Positions 1 to 11,104 of a stretch of DNA of 64,000 nucleotides are shown here, piece by piece (positions within the stretch are counted from its first letter, which is position 1; each line of letters opens with the position of its first letter). The translations under genes were made by a program, and so were the position numbers. Origin of the DNA: Escherichia coli (lineage in GTDB: Bacteria; Pseudomonadota; Gammaproteobacteria; Enterobacterales; Enterobacteriaceae); NCBI RefSeq assembly GCF_051903065.1, contig NZ_CP178438.1; one strand, written 5' to 3'. The notes below the pieces were generated by a model. It was not told the origin of the DNA. It was given only the letters and a program-made list of their open reading frames with translations, and did no database searches.

Positions 1-1350
1 GTGCAGATCTCCCGGCAGACGAGCATCACGAATGGCACGGATCAGATTGTGCTCCAGCACATAGTTATCCATGGTTGCCAACTGCACTACCTGCTGGCGG
101 ATGCGGCAGCGATAGGCCCAGATAAAGCACTTCTCGATGGCCAGTGACAGCCCTTGGCTGCCGAACTTGTCGATATAGAAGATCAGGGCGCAGTCGAACA
201 TGGCCCGCACATAACGATCCCCGGTGCGGTGGCGACGCTCGTAGCTGCCCAGGGTCGATAGCACCTTGCTGGCCATCGGTGTCAGCGTTTCGCCGAGCAG
301 GGTGGCAGATTGCGCCTTGCCGGAATCAGACTCCTCGGCCACGATGGCGGCCACCCGCGTCTGGTAGTACTCGGCCATCTCGAAAAAGCGCCGACCATTG
401 ATGATCATCTGGTCGAGATGAAAGGGAAACGTCATGTACTGGCCGTCAATCTTGCGCTGGTACTGGCGGTTGTACTCATCGACAAAGTGGTGGGCGATGC
501 GCAGCGACTCCACGTAAGGATAATGCCCTACCCGATCTAGGTTGACCCCCTTGAAGAGATCCACCTCCCCCTTGCCAAAGTAGCGGGCCGACTTGCCCTC
601 GGCCCACTGGCGTACCCGATAGAGATAGAGGGCGAACAGATTGGCCAGCTCGTCGCTTGGCAGGCGCTCCCAATGGGCGACCGCCTCGGCCTTGAGATTG
701 GCCTCATGACCGGCAAACTCGCGCAGGTGAAATGCCTTGAGCAGATCGTGAGGAGCCAGATCGCGCCCCCGGGCATTTTGCGAATCGAAGAACTGGAACG
801 CCTCCGAGATATCCTGCAGTACAAAGCAGACCACCTGACAGCGGTTGAGCAGAAAGTCAATTTGCTGCTCGTCAAACTCAGGGCGGGCCACCAGCCGACG
901 CAACTCCAGATAGTTGCGTCTGAGGTTGAACTCCGAATCCCGGCTGGGGAAGCGCTGGCGCTGCATAAACGCATCGATAGGTCCACGCAAGACCTGCAAT
1001 TGCTCACGCAGATCCTGACGTTGAAACCGGATACTCTTCTCTTTGCCACTGCGATTTTCGTTATCCAGCACCTCGATCAGCGCCTTGACGGTCAACATCA
1101 GGGTCAGGGTGCGTTGCTGACCATCGACGATATCAAGCATCTCGCCCTGCTCACTATCGGTGTGCTGATGAAACACCACCGAGCCCAGCCGGTAGGCGCT
1201 CTTGTCCTGATGGGTTGCCAAATCGGTAAAGAGATCCGAGATATTCTTGGAGCCCCAGCGGTAAGGTCGCTGATAGCTTGGGATGGCCAGTTGGGGAATG
1301 GCCAGCAACTGGCGTACCGACTGCACTTGATTATTAATGCTCTCCATCAT
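1..1350 (-). CDS. DUF262 (ParB/Srx-like nuclease domain) protein, N-terminal ~450 aa; 3' end beyond window start
   Basis: Minus-strand frame open from the ATG pair at 1347-1350 to the window edge; translation MMESINNQVQS...IVDGQQRTLTL carries the DGQQR motif; not in ORF track because no stop in window. Confidence 0.6.
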   Translation of the reverse strand, partial: MMESINNQVQSVRQLLAIPQLAIPSYQRPYRWGSKNISDLFTDLATHQDKSAYRLGSVVFHQHTDSEQGEMLDIVDGQQRTLTLMLTVKALIEVLDNENRSGKEKSIRFQRQDLREQLQVLRGPIDAFMQRQRFPSRDSEFNLRRNYLELRRLVARPEFDEQQIDFLLNRCQVVCFVLQDISEAFQFFDSQNARGRDLAPHDLLKAFHLREFAGHEANLKAEAVAHWERLPSDELANLFALYLYRVRQWAEGKSARYFGKGEVDLFKGVNLDRVGHYPYVESLRIAHHFVDEYNRQYQRKIDGQYMTFPFHLDQMIINGRRFFEMAEYYQTRVAAIVAEESDSGKAQSATLLGETLTPMASKVLSTLGSYERRHRTGDRYVRAMFDCALIFYIDKFGSQGLSLAIEKCFIWAYRCRIRQQVVQLATMDNYVLEHNLIRAIRDARLPGDLH

Positions 1351-1371
1351 GCCTCCTGCGGTATGAAGTGG

Positions 1372-1973
<602 letters not shown>

Positions 1974-2004
1974 GACAAATGAGCCCATTGGAATAAGTTA
2001 GAAA

Positions 2005-2760
2005 CTACATATCTGCCAACAACATCCCAGCCATACCATCCAGTCGCTTCTTAACCTTTTCCCAGCCCGGCATAACCTGCCCCATCAGACGGTAAAACTC
2101 CTCGCTGTGGTTGTGCTCAGCCACATGGCATAACTCATGTAGCAAAACATAATCGATACATTCTGAGGATGCCTTAACCAGCCATGGATTCAGGGTCAGA
2201 CAGCCTTTTGCTGAACAGTTGCCCCATTGCGTTTGCATCGCCCGCAGACGTATCGGAGGACGCTCACTGACCCAAAGGGTCTGCGGAATCAGTAAATCAA
2301 GCCTGCGCTGAAAAACATCTCTGGCACGTTCCCGATACCATTCAGCCAGCAAGGCTTTAATCTTTTCTGCCGATTTGTGTCTGACAGTCACTTCCAGACG
2401 CCCACGCAACATTTTCACTCGTTGCGGCACAGTAGCGTCTTCTGTCACTTTCAACTGATATTGCTTACCGAGATAATAATGGCTTTCTCCGCTGACATAC
2501 TGACGCGGAACAATGTGTATCTGTTGCTCCCTGAAATCACGCAGTTGCTGGTATATCCAGCGCCCACGTTTTTTCAGCGCAGACAATACCTCGTGCTCCG
2601 GTGTTTCAGGCGGTACAGAGGCCACAACCCGGCAGTCCGGATAAACCTTAATGAGCACCCTGCCCTTTACGACCTGACGCGGAACACACTGTACGACGAT
2701 GACCTCATCACCATAGACAATGCGTAACGCTTTCATTGATGGCGATTCTTTTTCACTCAT
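2005..2760 (-). CDS. HExxH metal-dependent hydrolase (DUF45/YgjP/SprT-like), last gene of the R-M operon
   Basis: HELCHVAEHNH motif; 4-bp overlap with hsdR stop. Confidence 0.65.
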   Translation of the reverse strand: MSEKESPSMKALRIVYGDEVIVVQCVPRQVVKGRVLIKVYPDCRVVASVPPETPEHEVLSALKKRGRWIYQQLRDFREQQIHIVPRQYVSGESHYYLGKQYQLKVTEDATVPQRVKMLRGRLEVTVRHKSAEKIKALLAEWYRERARDVFQRRLDLLIPQTLWVSERPPIRLRAMQTQWGNCSAKGCLTLNPWLVKASSECIDYVLLHELCHVAEHNHSEEFYRLMGQVMPGWEKVKKRLDGMAGMLLADM

Positions 2761-5700
2761 GATTTCATCAAACCAACGCGCAGTATCTGGATGATGGTTT
2801 CCACAATACGGTTAACCTGATTCATTCCGGCACCAATTTCCCGGCAGGCCGTAAACAGCAGTGGTAGCAGACTTGTCTTAACGACTTTCTCAATGTCCTG
2901 GGGGTTCAGGGAGTTTTCTGCCACCGCTCTAACGATAATGCTGTCCACTTCAAAAGCCAGCTTCGTCCACTTATCCTGCACCTGAACGTCTTTTACCACA
3001 AAAACCTCAGGTAGCTCTTTTTTAAATACACCGTAATACGCCTGAGCATGCTTGTTTACCGCCAGTGCATCCGGGATATCGCTGAGCTTACGGGCTTCAA
3101 CCTGTTCTTCAAACTCACGGAATAAGAGGTACTGCTTAAGTGGATGGTCGAACAGTTTTTCAGCCTCTTCGATTGCCATACGCAGGAGTCTGGAAAAGGC
3201 CTCCTGAGCATACGGATCATCACGCAGCTCCTGCTCAATCATCTTCGTCACACGGGTTTTAATGATGTCGGTTTCATTGCGGGTTTTATTGTTGTCCCAC
3301 TCTTCGGGCTTTTCGCTCTTACCCATTTTACCGACTTCATACACGCCATCCGGTTCACGAACCTCAACGCCGGTGACATGCTTATCCAGCAGTTTTTTCA
3401 CCTGCTCGGCGTAGTCGTCATAATTGACCTGCTCTCCACTGACCTGCATCGCCCACTGGCGCAGGCTGGACATCTGTTTTACGGTTTCTTTATAGAGGTT
3501 TCGGTCTTGTTCCGTAAAGCTCTTGTCGGTGAAGAAGGTGGCGGACTGCAGTGCCACTTTCAGGCATCCGGCAAAGGCCGTTAACGCCTCGAAGAAATCA
3601 TCACGGGTTTTCTGATGGATATCGACCATCTCTCCGTCACGTTCTTCCATTTTAGGCACCAGTACCGCACGTAACTGCTCAGTATCATTTTTGTTTTTGA
3701 CACCAGCAAATATGGCCCACAGCTGGTTATACAGATGCGGCAGGCGCTTGTATTCAGAGCTCATGGCGCTGTACAGCCCGTCAATATCTTTGATGTCGTA
3801 TCCGCCCTGAGTTCGGGAGGCGAGGTCCTGATATTTGCCGATAGTCGTGTCCAGCTCAGCCAGAATACCGCGATAATCAATCAGCAGACCGAACTTTTTT
3901 AGTGGATGCAGTCGGTTCACCCGCGCAATCGCCTGGATAAGGTTGTGGGACTTAAGCGGCTTGTCGATATACAGCACGGTATTCTTCGGCTCATCAAACC
4001 CGGTGAGCAGTTTATCAACGACTATCAGCAATTTGAGCTTCTCATCGGTATCGAAACGACTGATGATATTGCGGGTATACACAGACTCATCCTGCGTGCC
4101 GACGTTATCTTTCCACCATTTCGTCACTTCCGGCAGTTTGCTTTCATCCACCTCAGTATTCCCTTCCCGGGTATCCGGCGGGCTGATAACTACAGCTGAC
4201 TCAAACAACCCGGCTTCATCAAGATACTTTTTATATTTGATGGCGGAAATCTTGCTGTCGCAGGCAAGCTGGCCTTTCAGCCCCTCATCAATATTCTTCG
4301 AGAAGTGCGTGGCGATATCGAGTGCGATCAGACGGATGCGATCATCTGCACTATAAACCTCACCTTTACGGGCATATTTACGCTTAAGGTCGGCTTTTTG
4401 CGCTTCGCTTAACCCATCGGTAATACGATCAAACCAGGCATCTATTGCCCGATCGTTAACCTCAAGGTCGGGAATACGTTCTTCATACAGCAAAGGTGTA
4501 ACGGCTTTATCTTCTACCGCTCGCTGCATGGTATAAGCGTGGACAATCGGTCCGAATTTATTGGTGGTCTTATCTTCTTTTAGCAATGGCGTACCAGTAA
4601 ATGCTACAAAGGCGGCGTTCGGCAGTGCCAGTTTCATTCGCACATGGTTCTCACCACCCTGGCTACGGTGTCCTTCATCAATCAGAACGATGATATCGGG
4701 GCTGGTATTGACGCATTCAGGAAGTTTTGTCGCTGAATTAAATTTCTGGATTAGGGTGAAAATGATGCGTTCTTTACCGGAGCCAATCTGTTTCGCCAGC
4801 ATCTGCCCGGATGTCGCCATTGCATTGGCTTTGTCTTTTTTCCCGGCCAACTCGCCGCCGGATGCAAAGGTACTGCTGAGCTGTTCTTCAAGATCGATAC
4901 GGTCCGTCACCACCACGATACGACACCGCTTCAGGCTGTCATGAAGGATCAGCGCCTTGCTGAGGAACACCATGGTGTACGATTTGCCAGAGCCGGTGGT
5001 ATGCCAGATAACACCACCTTCCCTGCCCCCATCGGGTCTGCGGGTACTGATGCGTTCCAGCAGTCTTTTAATCCCGAACACCTGCTGATAGCGGGCAACA
5101 ATTTTTCCGGTCTTTTTATCAAACAGGGTGAAGAAGCGGGTCATCTCCAGCAGACGTTCCGGCGAAAGCAGACTGATGAGCAGCTTATCCTGCCCGCTGA
5201 CAGCCAGTTCCCCCCCGGCGATTAACTGCTGATACCAGTTGAGATCGCCAACAGGACGATGCTCAAATAACGCATCAATTTGTTCAGTCGATAAAGGATG
5301 GTTGCGCAGGGCATACATCTGCGCATCGGTAATATCCTCTTCGCGCCATGCCGCCCAGAATTTCATTGGCGTATGGCATGTACCGTAGCGCCCGTCATGA
5401 CCGTTAATCGAAAGTAATAACTGGCTGTAGACAAACAGCTGCGGGATTTCATCGTTGAACTGGTTGCGGATACTCTGGGATATCCCCTCGTCAATGGTTG
5501 GCCCTTTCTTGCCATGACCAGCCGGGCTTTTCGCTTCAATAACAGCCAGCGGGATACCATTAACAAAGCAGACAATATCTGGCCTCCGGGTTTCAACACC
5601 ACCTGACCGCAATACCGTAAATTCTTCAGTAAAATGGAACTGGTTATTTTCCGGATGTTCCCAGTCGATCAGCGCAATGGTGGGGTTGACCTTCTTGCCA

Positions 5701-6044
5701 TCGACAAACTCCGTGACGGCGATACCGTAGAGCAGATGGTTATACATCCGCTCATTGGCTTTGAGCAGCCCTTCATTCAGCGCCGGAGAACAGACCTGTG
5801 ATATCAGGTTATCCAGTGCTTTTTCCGATAACTGGCAGGTTTTGCCACCCGCCATAAAGGAACGCTTCGACAGCTCTTCACGCAGAACCGGACGCAGCAC
5901 CACCTCATCCTGTTTATAGCCCCGGTAATCCATAATCTGTTTCGGAGATAAAAACGCCCAGCCGAGGCTGGTCAGTAACGTCAGTGCCGGAATTTTGGCG
6001 CTGTATTCTTCCTGGAATTTTGGCGTGTACGTCTGGTTCATCAT
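2757..6044 (-). CDS. hsdR: Type I restriction enzyme R subunit
   Basis: 1095-aa ORF with helicase motifs (GSGKS Walker A, DEGH box). Confidence 0.9.
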   Translation of the reverse strand: MMNQTYTPKFQEEYSAKIPALTLLTSLGWAFLSPKQIMDYRGYKQDEVVLRPVLREELSKRSFMAGGKTCQLSEKALDNLISQVCSPALNEGLLKANERMYNHLLYGIAVTEFVDGKKVNPTIALIDWEHPENNQFHFTEEFTVLRSGGVETRRPDIVCFVNGIPLAVIEAKSPAGHGKKGPTIDEGISQSIRNQFNDEIPQLFVYSQLLLSINGHDGRYGTCHTPMKFWAAWREEDITDAQMYALRNHPLSTEQIDALFEHRPVGDLNWYQQLIAGGELAVSGQDKLLISLLSPERLLEMTRFFTLFDKKTGKIVARYQQVFGIKRLLERISTRRPDGGREGGVIWHTTGSGKSYTMVFLSKALILHDSLKRCRIVVVTDRIDLEEQLSSTFASGGELAGKKDKANAMATSGQMLAKQIGSGKERIIFTLIQKFNSATKLPECVNTSPDIIVLIDEGHRSQGGENHVRMKLALPNAAFVAFTGTPLLKEDKTTNKFGPIVHAYTMQRAVEDKAVTPLLYEERIPDLEVNDRAIDAWFDRITDGLSEAQKADLKRKYARKGEVYSADDRIRLIALDIATHFSKNIDEGLKGQLACDSKISAIKYKKYLDEAGLFESAVVISPPDTREGNTEVDESKLPEVTKWWKDNVGTQDESVYTRNIISRFDTDEKLKLLIVVDKLLTGFDEPKNTVLYIDKPLKSHNLIQAIARVNRLHPLKKFGLLIDYRGILAELDTTIGKYQDLASRTQGGYDIKDIDGLYSAMSSEYKRLPHLYNQLWAIFAGVKNKNDTEQLRAVLVPKMEERDGEMVDIHQKTRDDFFEALTAFAGCLKVALQSATFFTDKSFTEQDRNLYKETVKQMSSLRQWAMQVSGEQVNYDDYAEQVKKLLDKHVTGVEVREPDGVYEVGKMGKSEKPEEWDNNKTRNETDIIKTRVTKMIEQELRDDPYAQEAFSRLLRMAIEEAEKLFDHPLKQYLLFREFEEQVEARKLSDIPDALAVNKHAQAYYGVFKKELPEVFVVKDVQVQDKWTKLAFEVDSIIVRAVAENSLNPQDIEKVVKTSLLPLLFTACREIGAGMNQVNRIVETIIQILRVGLMKS

Positions 6045-6093
6045 TAATCCTTTTCTTTCTGGCGCTACTCGCTACTGGTCACATGAAGATTCA

Positions 6094-6777
6094 TCAATGC
6101 AGACAGCACCTCTTAAATTTTTTACCGCTGCCACACGGACACGGGTCATTTCGCCCGGGCATGTTTTCTGCCCCCTTCACTGGAACAGGCCGGGATGATG
6201 CCTCTGACATTCTCACTGACAACCAGTACTGATAAAGTGCCAGTGCAGCAGGCTGAATAAGGGAAATACTTTTCTCAAACTGCTCTCCGGTCATTTTCTC
6301 AAGTACAGGAAAATTCTTCTCCACGCCATGAAGAGCGATCACTTCCAGAGAAGGCCGTAACTCACCGGGAAGACCAGACCAGTCATCCAGTGACTTTCCT
6401 TTCATATAACCAAAACACCACTCTTCCACAATGGTATATTTTTCCCCCTTTACCTCACGCTCATTGAAAATCGGTTCAAACTGTTCAGGGGCCTCATACA
6501 GGCAGCCAGCGATATCGTTCATATGCTGAAAACACAGCCCCACAAAACGCGTCATCTCTTTTTCGGTGGTCCAGCGAGGGTGGTAATCACCTCGCCCCCA
6601 GATAGCACTGAGCCAGGTATTAGGGGAAATCGTATTCGGGCCAGAGACAATCGCTGTCAGAAAGCCATCCAGCTCAGAGAAACAGAGCACAGAATCATCA
6701 TTGCCGTATTTCAGCAACACCTCTTCCAGCCAGTCGATTTCCCGGTCAATCAGCGGCCCGCTTTTCGTCAGTTTCAT
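6094..6777 (-). CDS. YecA-like UPF0149 protein with C-terminal SEC-C zinc motif, embedded between hsdS and hsdR
   Basis: 227 aa; C-terminal GRNDPCPCGSGKKFKRCC; start ATG overlaps hsdS stop (ATGA). Confidence 0.8.
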   Translation of the reverse strand: MKLTKSGPLIDREIDWLEEVLLKYGNDDSVLCFSELDGFLTAIVSGPNTISPNTWLSAIWGRGDYHPRWTTEKEMTRFVGLCFQHMNDIAGCLYEAPEQFEPIFNEREVKGEKYTIVEEWCFGYMKGKSLDDWSGLPGELRPSLEVIALHGVEKNFPVLEKMTGEQFEKSISLIQPAALALYQYWLSVRMSEASSRPVPVKGAENMPGRNDPCPCGSGKKFKRCCLH

Positions 6778-8012
6778 TCGGCAACCGCCTCATCGACCTT
6801 AACACGACGTTTGCCAGTCAGTAGCTGTTGCATCAGGGCTTTTTTCTCATCTCTCAGGCAGGCGAGTTTTTTCTCCAGCGTGGAGATTTCGGCATCGGCG
6901 ACGGACAGGACGGCGGCGATTTTTTGTTGTTCTCTTATACTGGGTAAGTCTAGTTCAAACTCTTTAACCATTCCGGCGTTTAGGTTGGACTGTGTACCTT
7001 GCTGGCCTTGTAGTTTTATTTTTTCTTTTAATGATGTAAGATAGAAATATAAAAACTCATAATTTAAACAATCTTTTGGTCTAATACCCAAGATTGCCTG
7101 CGAAGATGTTAAATTTACAGCAGCAATGCTGCATTCACCTATAGAAGCATACATAGCATAAAGAACCGAGTTTTTTGGATATATTCTTGCGGATGAACTG
7201 TTCAATCCTAATTCAGTCAGATATTTTTCAGTTGTAGCAATCCACTTTCCATTAGATGTCATATCAGAAATAGATACCCATGGGATATTCCCGCCATAAT
7301 ACTCTTCAACCGTTGATTTCGGAGTACCTCCACTGTTCATATCGGCTATCGCACCCAGTTTTACTCTCTTCCACTCCCCACTAAACCTCACCCCATTCTC
7401 ATCCAGCAAGCGTTTCTTCCCGGTAAGTAATTGCTGCATCAGGGCTTTTTTCTGCTGCTGACTATTGGCGAGCAGCTTTTCCGTCACTGAAATCGCGTTA
7501 TCCCAGGTTGACAAGATTTTGGCTATTTTCTTTTGTTCCGCCAGTGGGGGGAGTAATACAGGAAAACCGCAAACATCATCACGTGTAATATTAGGGTCTT
7601 TACGACTACTTGCCGCAAATTTCTTCCATAATTTTACATTCCCGTTTAAGTAATTCAGGATATATGCTGGTTCTGCTTTATCACGATCGAGTATAAGACC
7701 GGATAATGCTTGGTTTATTGCTGCCGGTATAGTGAGAAGTCCAGTTCTTCCGATCTGGTTAAAGCCTCCATACATCGCTACTAAAACAGTACCAACAGGA
7801 AATACAGAGCAAGATGTTTCTAAAAGGGCTGTGTCAGTAATTTTCTCATCAGTTGAGATAATTTCACCGTTATTTAGGTCTAATGTCTTTACCCATGGAG
7901 TACCAGCAGTAGAAAAATAACGCTCTCCCTCAGCCCTCAGCGGAGTAGATCCAGATTTAATTTTTGCTATGTCCGATAATTTGACATGTCTCCAGCCAGG
8001 TTTGAGCTTCAT
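6774..8012 (-). CDS. hsdS: Type I R-M specificity subunit
   Basis: Two target-recognition domains with repeated conserved spacer motif KKALMQQLLTGK(K/R)R. Confidence 0.85.
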   Translation of the reverse strand: MKLKPGWRHVKLSDIAKIKSGSTPLRAEGERYFSTAGTPWVKTLDLNNGEIISTDEKITDTALLETSCSVFPVGTVLVAMYGGFNQIGRTGLLTIPAAINQALSGLILDRDKAEPAYILNYLNGNVKLWKKFAASSRKDPNITRDDVCGFPVLLPPLAEQKKIAKILSTWDNAISVTEKLLANSQQQKKALMQQLLTGKKRLLDENGVRFSGEWKRVKLGAIADMNSGGTPKSTVEEYYGGNIPWVSISDMTSNGKWIATTEKYLTELGLNSSSARIYPKNSVLYAMYASIGECSIAAVNLTSSQAILGIRPKDCLNYEFLYFYLTSLKEKIKLQGQQGTQSNLNAGMVKEFELDLPSIREQQKIAAVLSVADAEISTLEKKLACLRDEKKALMQQLLTGKRRVKVDEAVAE

Positions 8013-9565
8013 AAGCTATCCTCTTGCATACTGAAGTTTTCTCTTTCACCATAACCCAACTCCTTCAGATAACCCGCCATCTCTGTTTCGAGTTTTGACA
8101 GTTCCACTTTCAATTGCTCACGTTCGGCACGCACAGCCAGCAAGTCAATCTCGTCTTCTTCCTCAAAGGTATCGACATAGCGCGGAATATTGAGGTTGTA
8201 ATCGTTGTCCTGAATTTCCTTCAGGCTGGCGAGATAGGCGTATTTCTCGACGTTATCGCCATCACGGTAGGTCTTGACGATTTTCTTAATGTTTTCTTCG
8301 CTAAGCTGGTTCTGGTTTTTACCTGCCTTGAATTCACGGCTGGCATCGATAAACAGCACCTTATCATCAACTTTCTGCTTTTTGAAAATCAGAATCGCAG
8401 CCGGAATCCCCGTACCGTAGAACAGTTTTTCCGGCAGACCAATTACCGCATCCAGCAAATTTTCGTCGATCAGTTTCTGGCGAATTTTACCTTCGCTGGA
8501 GCCACGGAAAAGCACACCGTGTGGCACAACTACGCCCATACGGCCAGTTCCCGGTTTCAGGGTTTCGATCATATGCGAGATAAAAGCGTAATCTCCTTTA
8601 GTCTTCGGCGGTACACCGCGACGAAAACGGCCAAACTTATCGTTCTCAGCCTCGTCATGGCCCCACTTATCCAGGCTGAACGGTGGGTTAGCGGTCACGA
8701 TATCAAACAGCATCAGGTCGCCATTTTTATCGAGCAGTTTCGGGTTACGAATGGTATCGCCCCACTCGATTTTATGGTTGTCTTCGCCGTGCAGGAACAT
8801 GTTCATTTTCGCCAGCGACCACGTGGAGCCAATCGCTTCCTGACCAAACAACGCATAATTACGGCTGTTATGTCCGGAGACAATTTTACGTCCGCACTTC
8901 ATCAATAACGAACCAGAGCCGCAGGCCGGATCGCAGATGGTATCACCCGGTTGCGGATCAAGCAGTTCAGCAATCAGGTCTGAAACTTCTGGTGGGGTAT
9001 AGAATTCCCCGGCTTTCTGCCCACCGCTGGCGGCAAAGTTTTTGATCAGATATTCGTAGGCATTACCGATAACGTCCAGCGTACCTACACGGCTTGGCTT
9101 CAGGTTGAGATCTTCACCGGCGAAGTCTTCCAGCAACTGACGCAGGATGGTGTTCTTCTGTTTTTCTTCACCCAAGCGGTCAGTGTTAAACGAAATATCC
9201 TGGAACACGCTTTTCCCGGCATCTTTCAGTTTGGTTCCGTTGGCTTCTTCGATTGCATGCAGAGCCTGATCGATACGCTCACCGTTACCCGGCTCATGGC
9301 GGCGTTCGTACAGCGCATAAAAGCTGGCACTTTTTGGCAGTACAAAACGCTCGTTGGCCATCATCGCTTCAATCAGTTCCGGCGCATCGCCATACTGTTC
9401 TTTGTATTCGTCATAGTGATCCTGCCAGACATCTGAAATGTACTTGAGGAACAGCATGGTAAGGATAAAGTCTTTATAGGTATCAGCACTGATGGTGCCA
9501 CGGAACGTATCACACGCGGCCCACAGGGCTTTGTTGATCGTGTCCTGACTGATTTTGTCGTTCAT
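8009..9565 (-). CDS. hsdM: Type I R-M N6-adenine DNA methyltransferase
   Basis: 518 aa; NPPF catalytic motif; AdoMet-binding DPACGSG; 4-bp overlap with hsdS. Confidence 0.9.
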   Translation of the reverse strand: MNDKISQDTINKALWAACDTFRGTISADTYKDFILTMLFLKYISDVWQDHYDEYKEQYGDAPELIEAMMANERFVLPKSASFYALYERRHEPGNGERIDQALHAIEEANGTKLKDAGKSVFQDISFNTDRLGEEKQKNTILRQLLEDFAGEDLNLKPSRVGTLDVIGNAYEYLIKNFAASGGQKAGEFYTPPEVSDLIAELLDPQPGDTICDPACGSGSLLMKCGRKIVSGHNSRNYALFGQEAIGSTWSLAKMNMFLHGEDNHKIEWGDTIRNPKLLDKNGDLMLFDIVTANPPFSLDKWGHDEAENDKFGRFRRGVPPKTKGDYAFISHMIETLKPGTGRMGVVVPHGVLFRGSSEGKIRQKLIDENLLDAVIGLPEKLFYGTGIPAAILIFKKQKVDDKVLFIDASREFKAGKNQNQLSEENIKKIVKTYRDGDNVEKYAYLASLKEIQDNDYNLNIPRYVDTFEEEDEIDLLAVRAEREQLKVELSKLETEMAGYLKELGYGERENFSMQEDSL

Positions 9566-9937
9566 GAATCATCCTGGTCTGAAGAAAAAGCTAGCGATGC
9601 AGGGCTTTGCATCTTAAAAATTGCGGTAAATGATACCGTAAGATGCCTCCCCTGACACGCCAATATCGCAGCATTCAGGTTTGCATCATCCCCGTAATAT
9701 CGACATGAGACAGACTGACACAACCTGGCTCGTCACTCGCTAAAAACCAATTATCTTAGTAAGATAGCATCCATATTAGCCATGGTGTAAAACTGCCGTT
9801 GGGGTAATGATGATCCATATATCACCCGTTCTGGTGTGTGGAGCTGACATGATCCATAATCGGCAACGTTGATGCCCTTTGATAGTAATGATGACCGTCA
9901 ATGTGATTCCCCTGCTGACTGGAGGTCTCCGGATAGA

Positions 9938-11104
9938 ATGAGTATTGCCAACTGCGCTATCGGCCCACTTTATGATGAGCAAATAAAAAAAACACTTATG
10001 TATGCTGACCATAAATTCAAGCGGCTAATGAATACACGAATGTCGTTACTCGAACATTTATCACCCCACTATGACTTATCTTCCATGTTCAGCTATGAGT
10101 TGGAGGGAAGAGTTTTTCGGATTAAATTGATCAAGCCTGAGATTAAATTATCTCGCCAGCAGTTGATCTTCTCCTCACTCTTTTTAGAGCATGATTTTCT
10201 AAAAGAATATAAAAAACACATCTCAAATACTCTACAAAAAACAATCAAACAGTGCATTAAAAAACACAAACAAAAAATCAAAATCGAGCCTTCTATTTTA
10301 GATTACATATCAGCGTCACCCCGCAATACGTCGAGTTATGTATTACATGAGATAGTTTTTGAATCTAAACATTGCGATGAAATTCGCAATATTAAAAATG
10401 ATATATTGCTTGATGAACTAACGTTGAATGGCCGGATCACTAACATTTCAAAATACATTAAAAATAGTCAAGATAAAATCGTCGAACATATAGAGTTCTG
10501 CACTCATAAATTTGTCAATATAAGTCGTAAGAACCGGCACATTTTCAACACCACCACAATATCTGGCAGAAAACCTAACATCACTGGTGTTTTACTTTGC
10601 CTTTCAGAATTGATAAGCAACCTGCATATTTACCCAACTGAAATTAATAATATAAGCAATGCCATAATATTAAGCATTGCATACTCTGTACTTCAACATC
10701 TTCAATCCGGAAGAGAAACAGAAAAAACCAAAACCTCTCCAGCACTGGATTTTATCCCCACCATCATCGCACCTCATGTTTTCTACCTGGCGAAACGCGA
10801 AAAATCCTCTCAATATAAATACATTGAAAAAGAATATCTTCTCGGCCAGTTACTTATATTTTTGATGTATAAAACAGTTTACTACTCGATTCATAGCATC
10901 AGGGTAAGCCGTAAGCATTTCTATAATGATATAAAACCAAAATTAGTGACACTAAAAAAAGAAAGCTTATTAAGCACCAATTTCATGAAAAATCGAAGAG
11001 AGATTAGTGGTGAAGTCTTTGGTGATGTTGGTAGTATTGAGGCTGATTTTCGAGAAATCAGTACACTGATTCATCGGCGGAAGGCATTATTTATTTCCTT
11101 TTAA
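9938..11104 (+). CDS. Hypothetical protein, AT-rich, Lys/Ile/Asn-rich, no recognised domain
   Basis: Long ORF (track 9869..11104); start at 9938 chosen where composition turns AT-rich; start uncertain. Confidence 0.45.
   Translation: MSIANCAIGPLYDEQIKKTLMYADHKFKRLMNTRMSLLEHLSPHYDLSSMFSYELEGRVFRIKLIKPEIKLSRQQLIFSSLFLEHDFLKEYKKHISNTLQKTIKQCIKKHKQKIKIEPSILDYISASPRNTSSYVLHEIVFESKHCDEIRNIKNDILLDELTLNGRITNISKYIKNSQDKIVEHIEFCTHKFVNISRKNRHIFNTTTISGRKPNITGVLLCLSELISNLHIYPTEINNISNAIILSIAYSVLQHLQSGRETEKTKTSPALDFIPTIIAPHVFYLAKREKSSQYKYIEKEYLLGQLLIFLMYKTVYYSIHSIRVSRKHFYNDIKPKLVTLKKESLLSTNFMKNRREISGEVFGDVGSIEADFREISTLIHRRKALFISF

Noticed and set aside
3144-5225. Several plus-strand ORFs (3144..3584, 3943..4356, 4561..4944, 4941..5225) inside hsdR
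   Set aside because: Antisense shadow ORFs of the 1095-aa hsdR frame.
6094-6777. Possibility that this SEC-C gene is the native core yecA
   Set aside because: It is ~20 kb from leuZ, translationally coupled inside the hsd operon, and divergent from the K-12 YecA sequence as I recall it; the native yecA is expected beyond the island's far end.
8114-8908. 264-aa plus-strand ORF inside hsdM
   Set aside because: Antisense to a confidently recognised hsdM; no RBS or domain signal.
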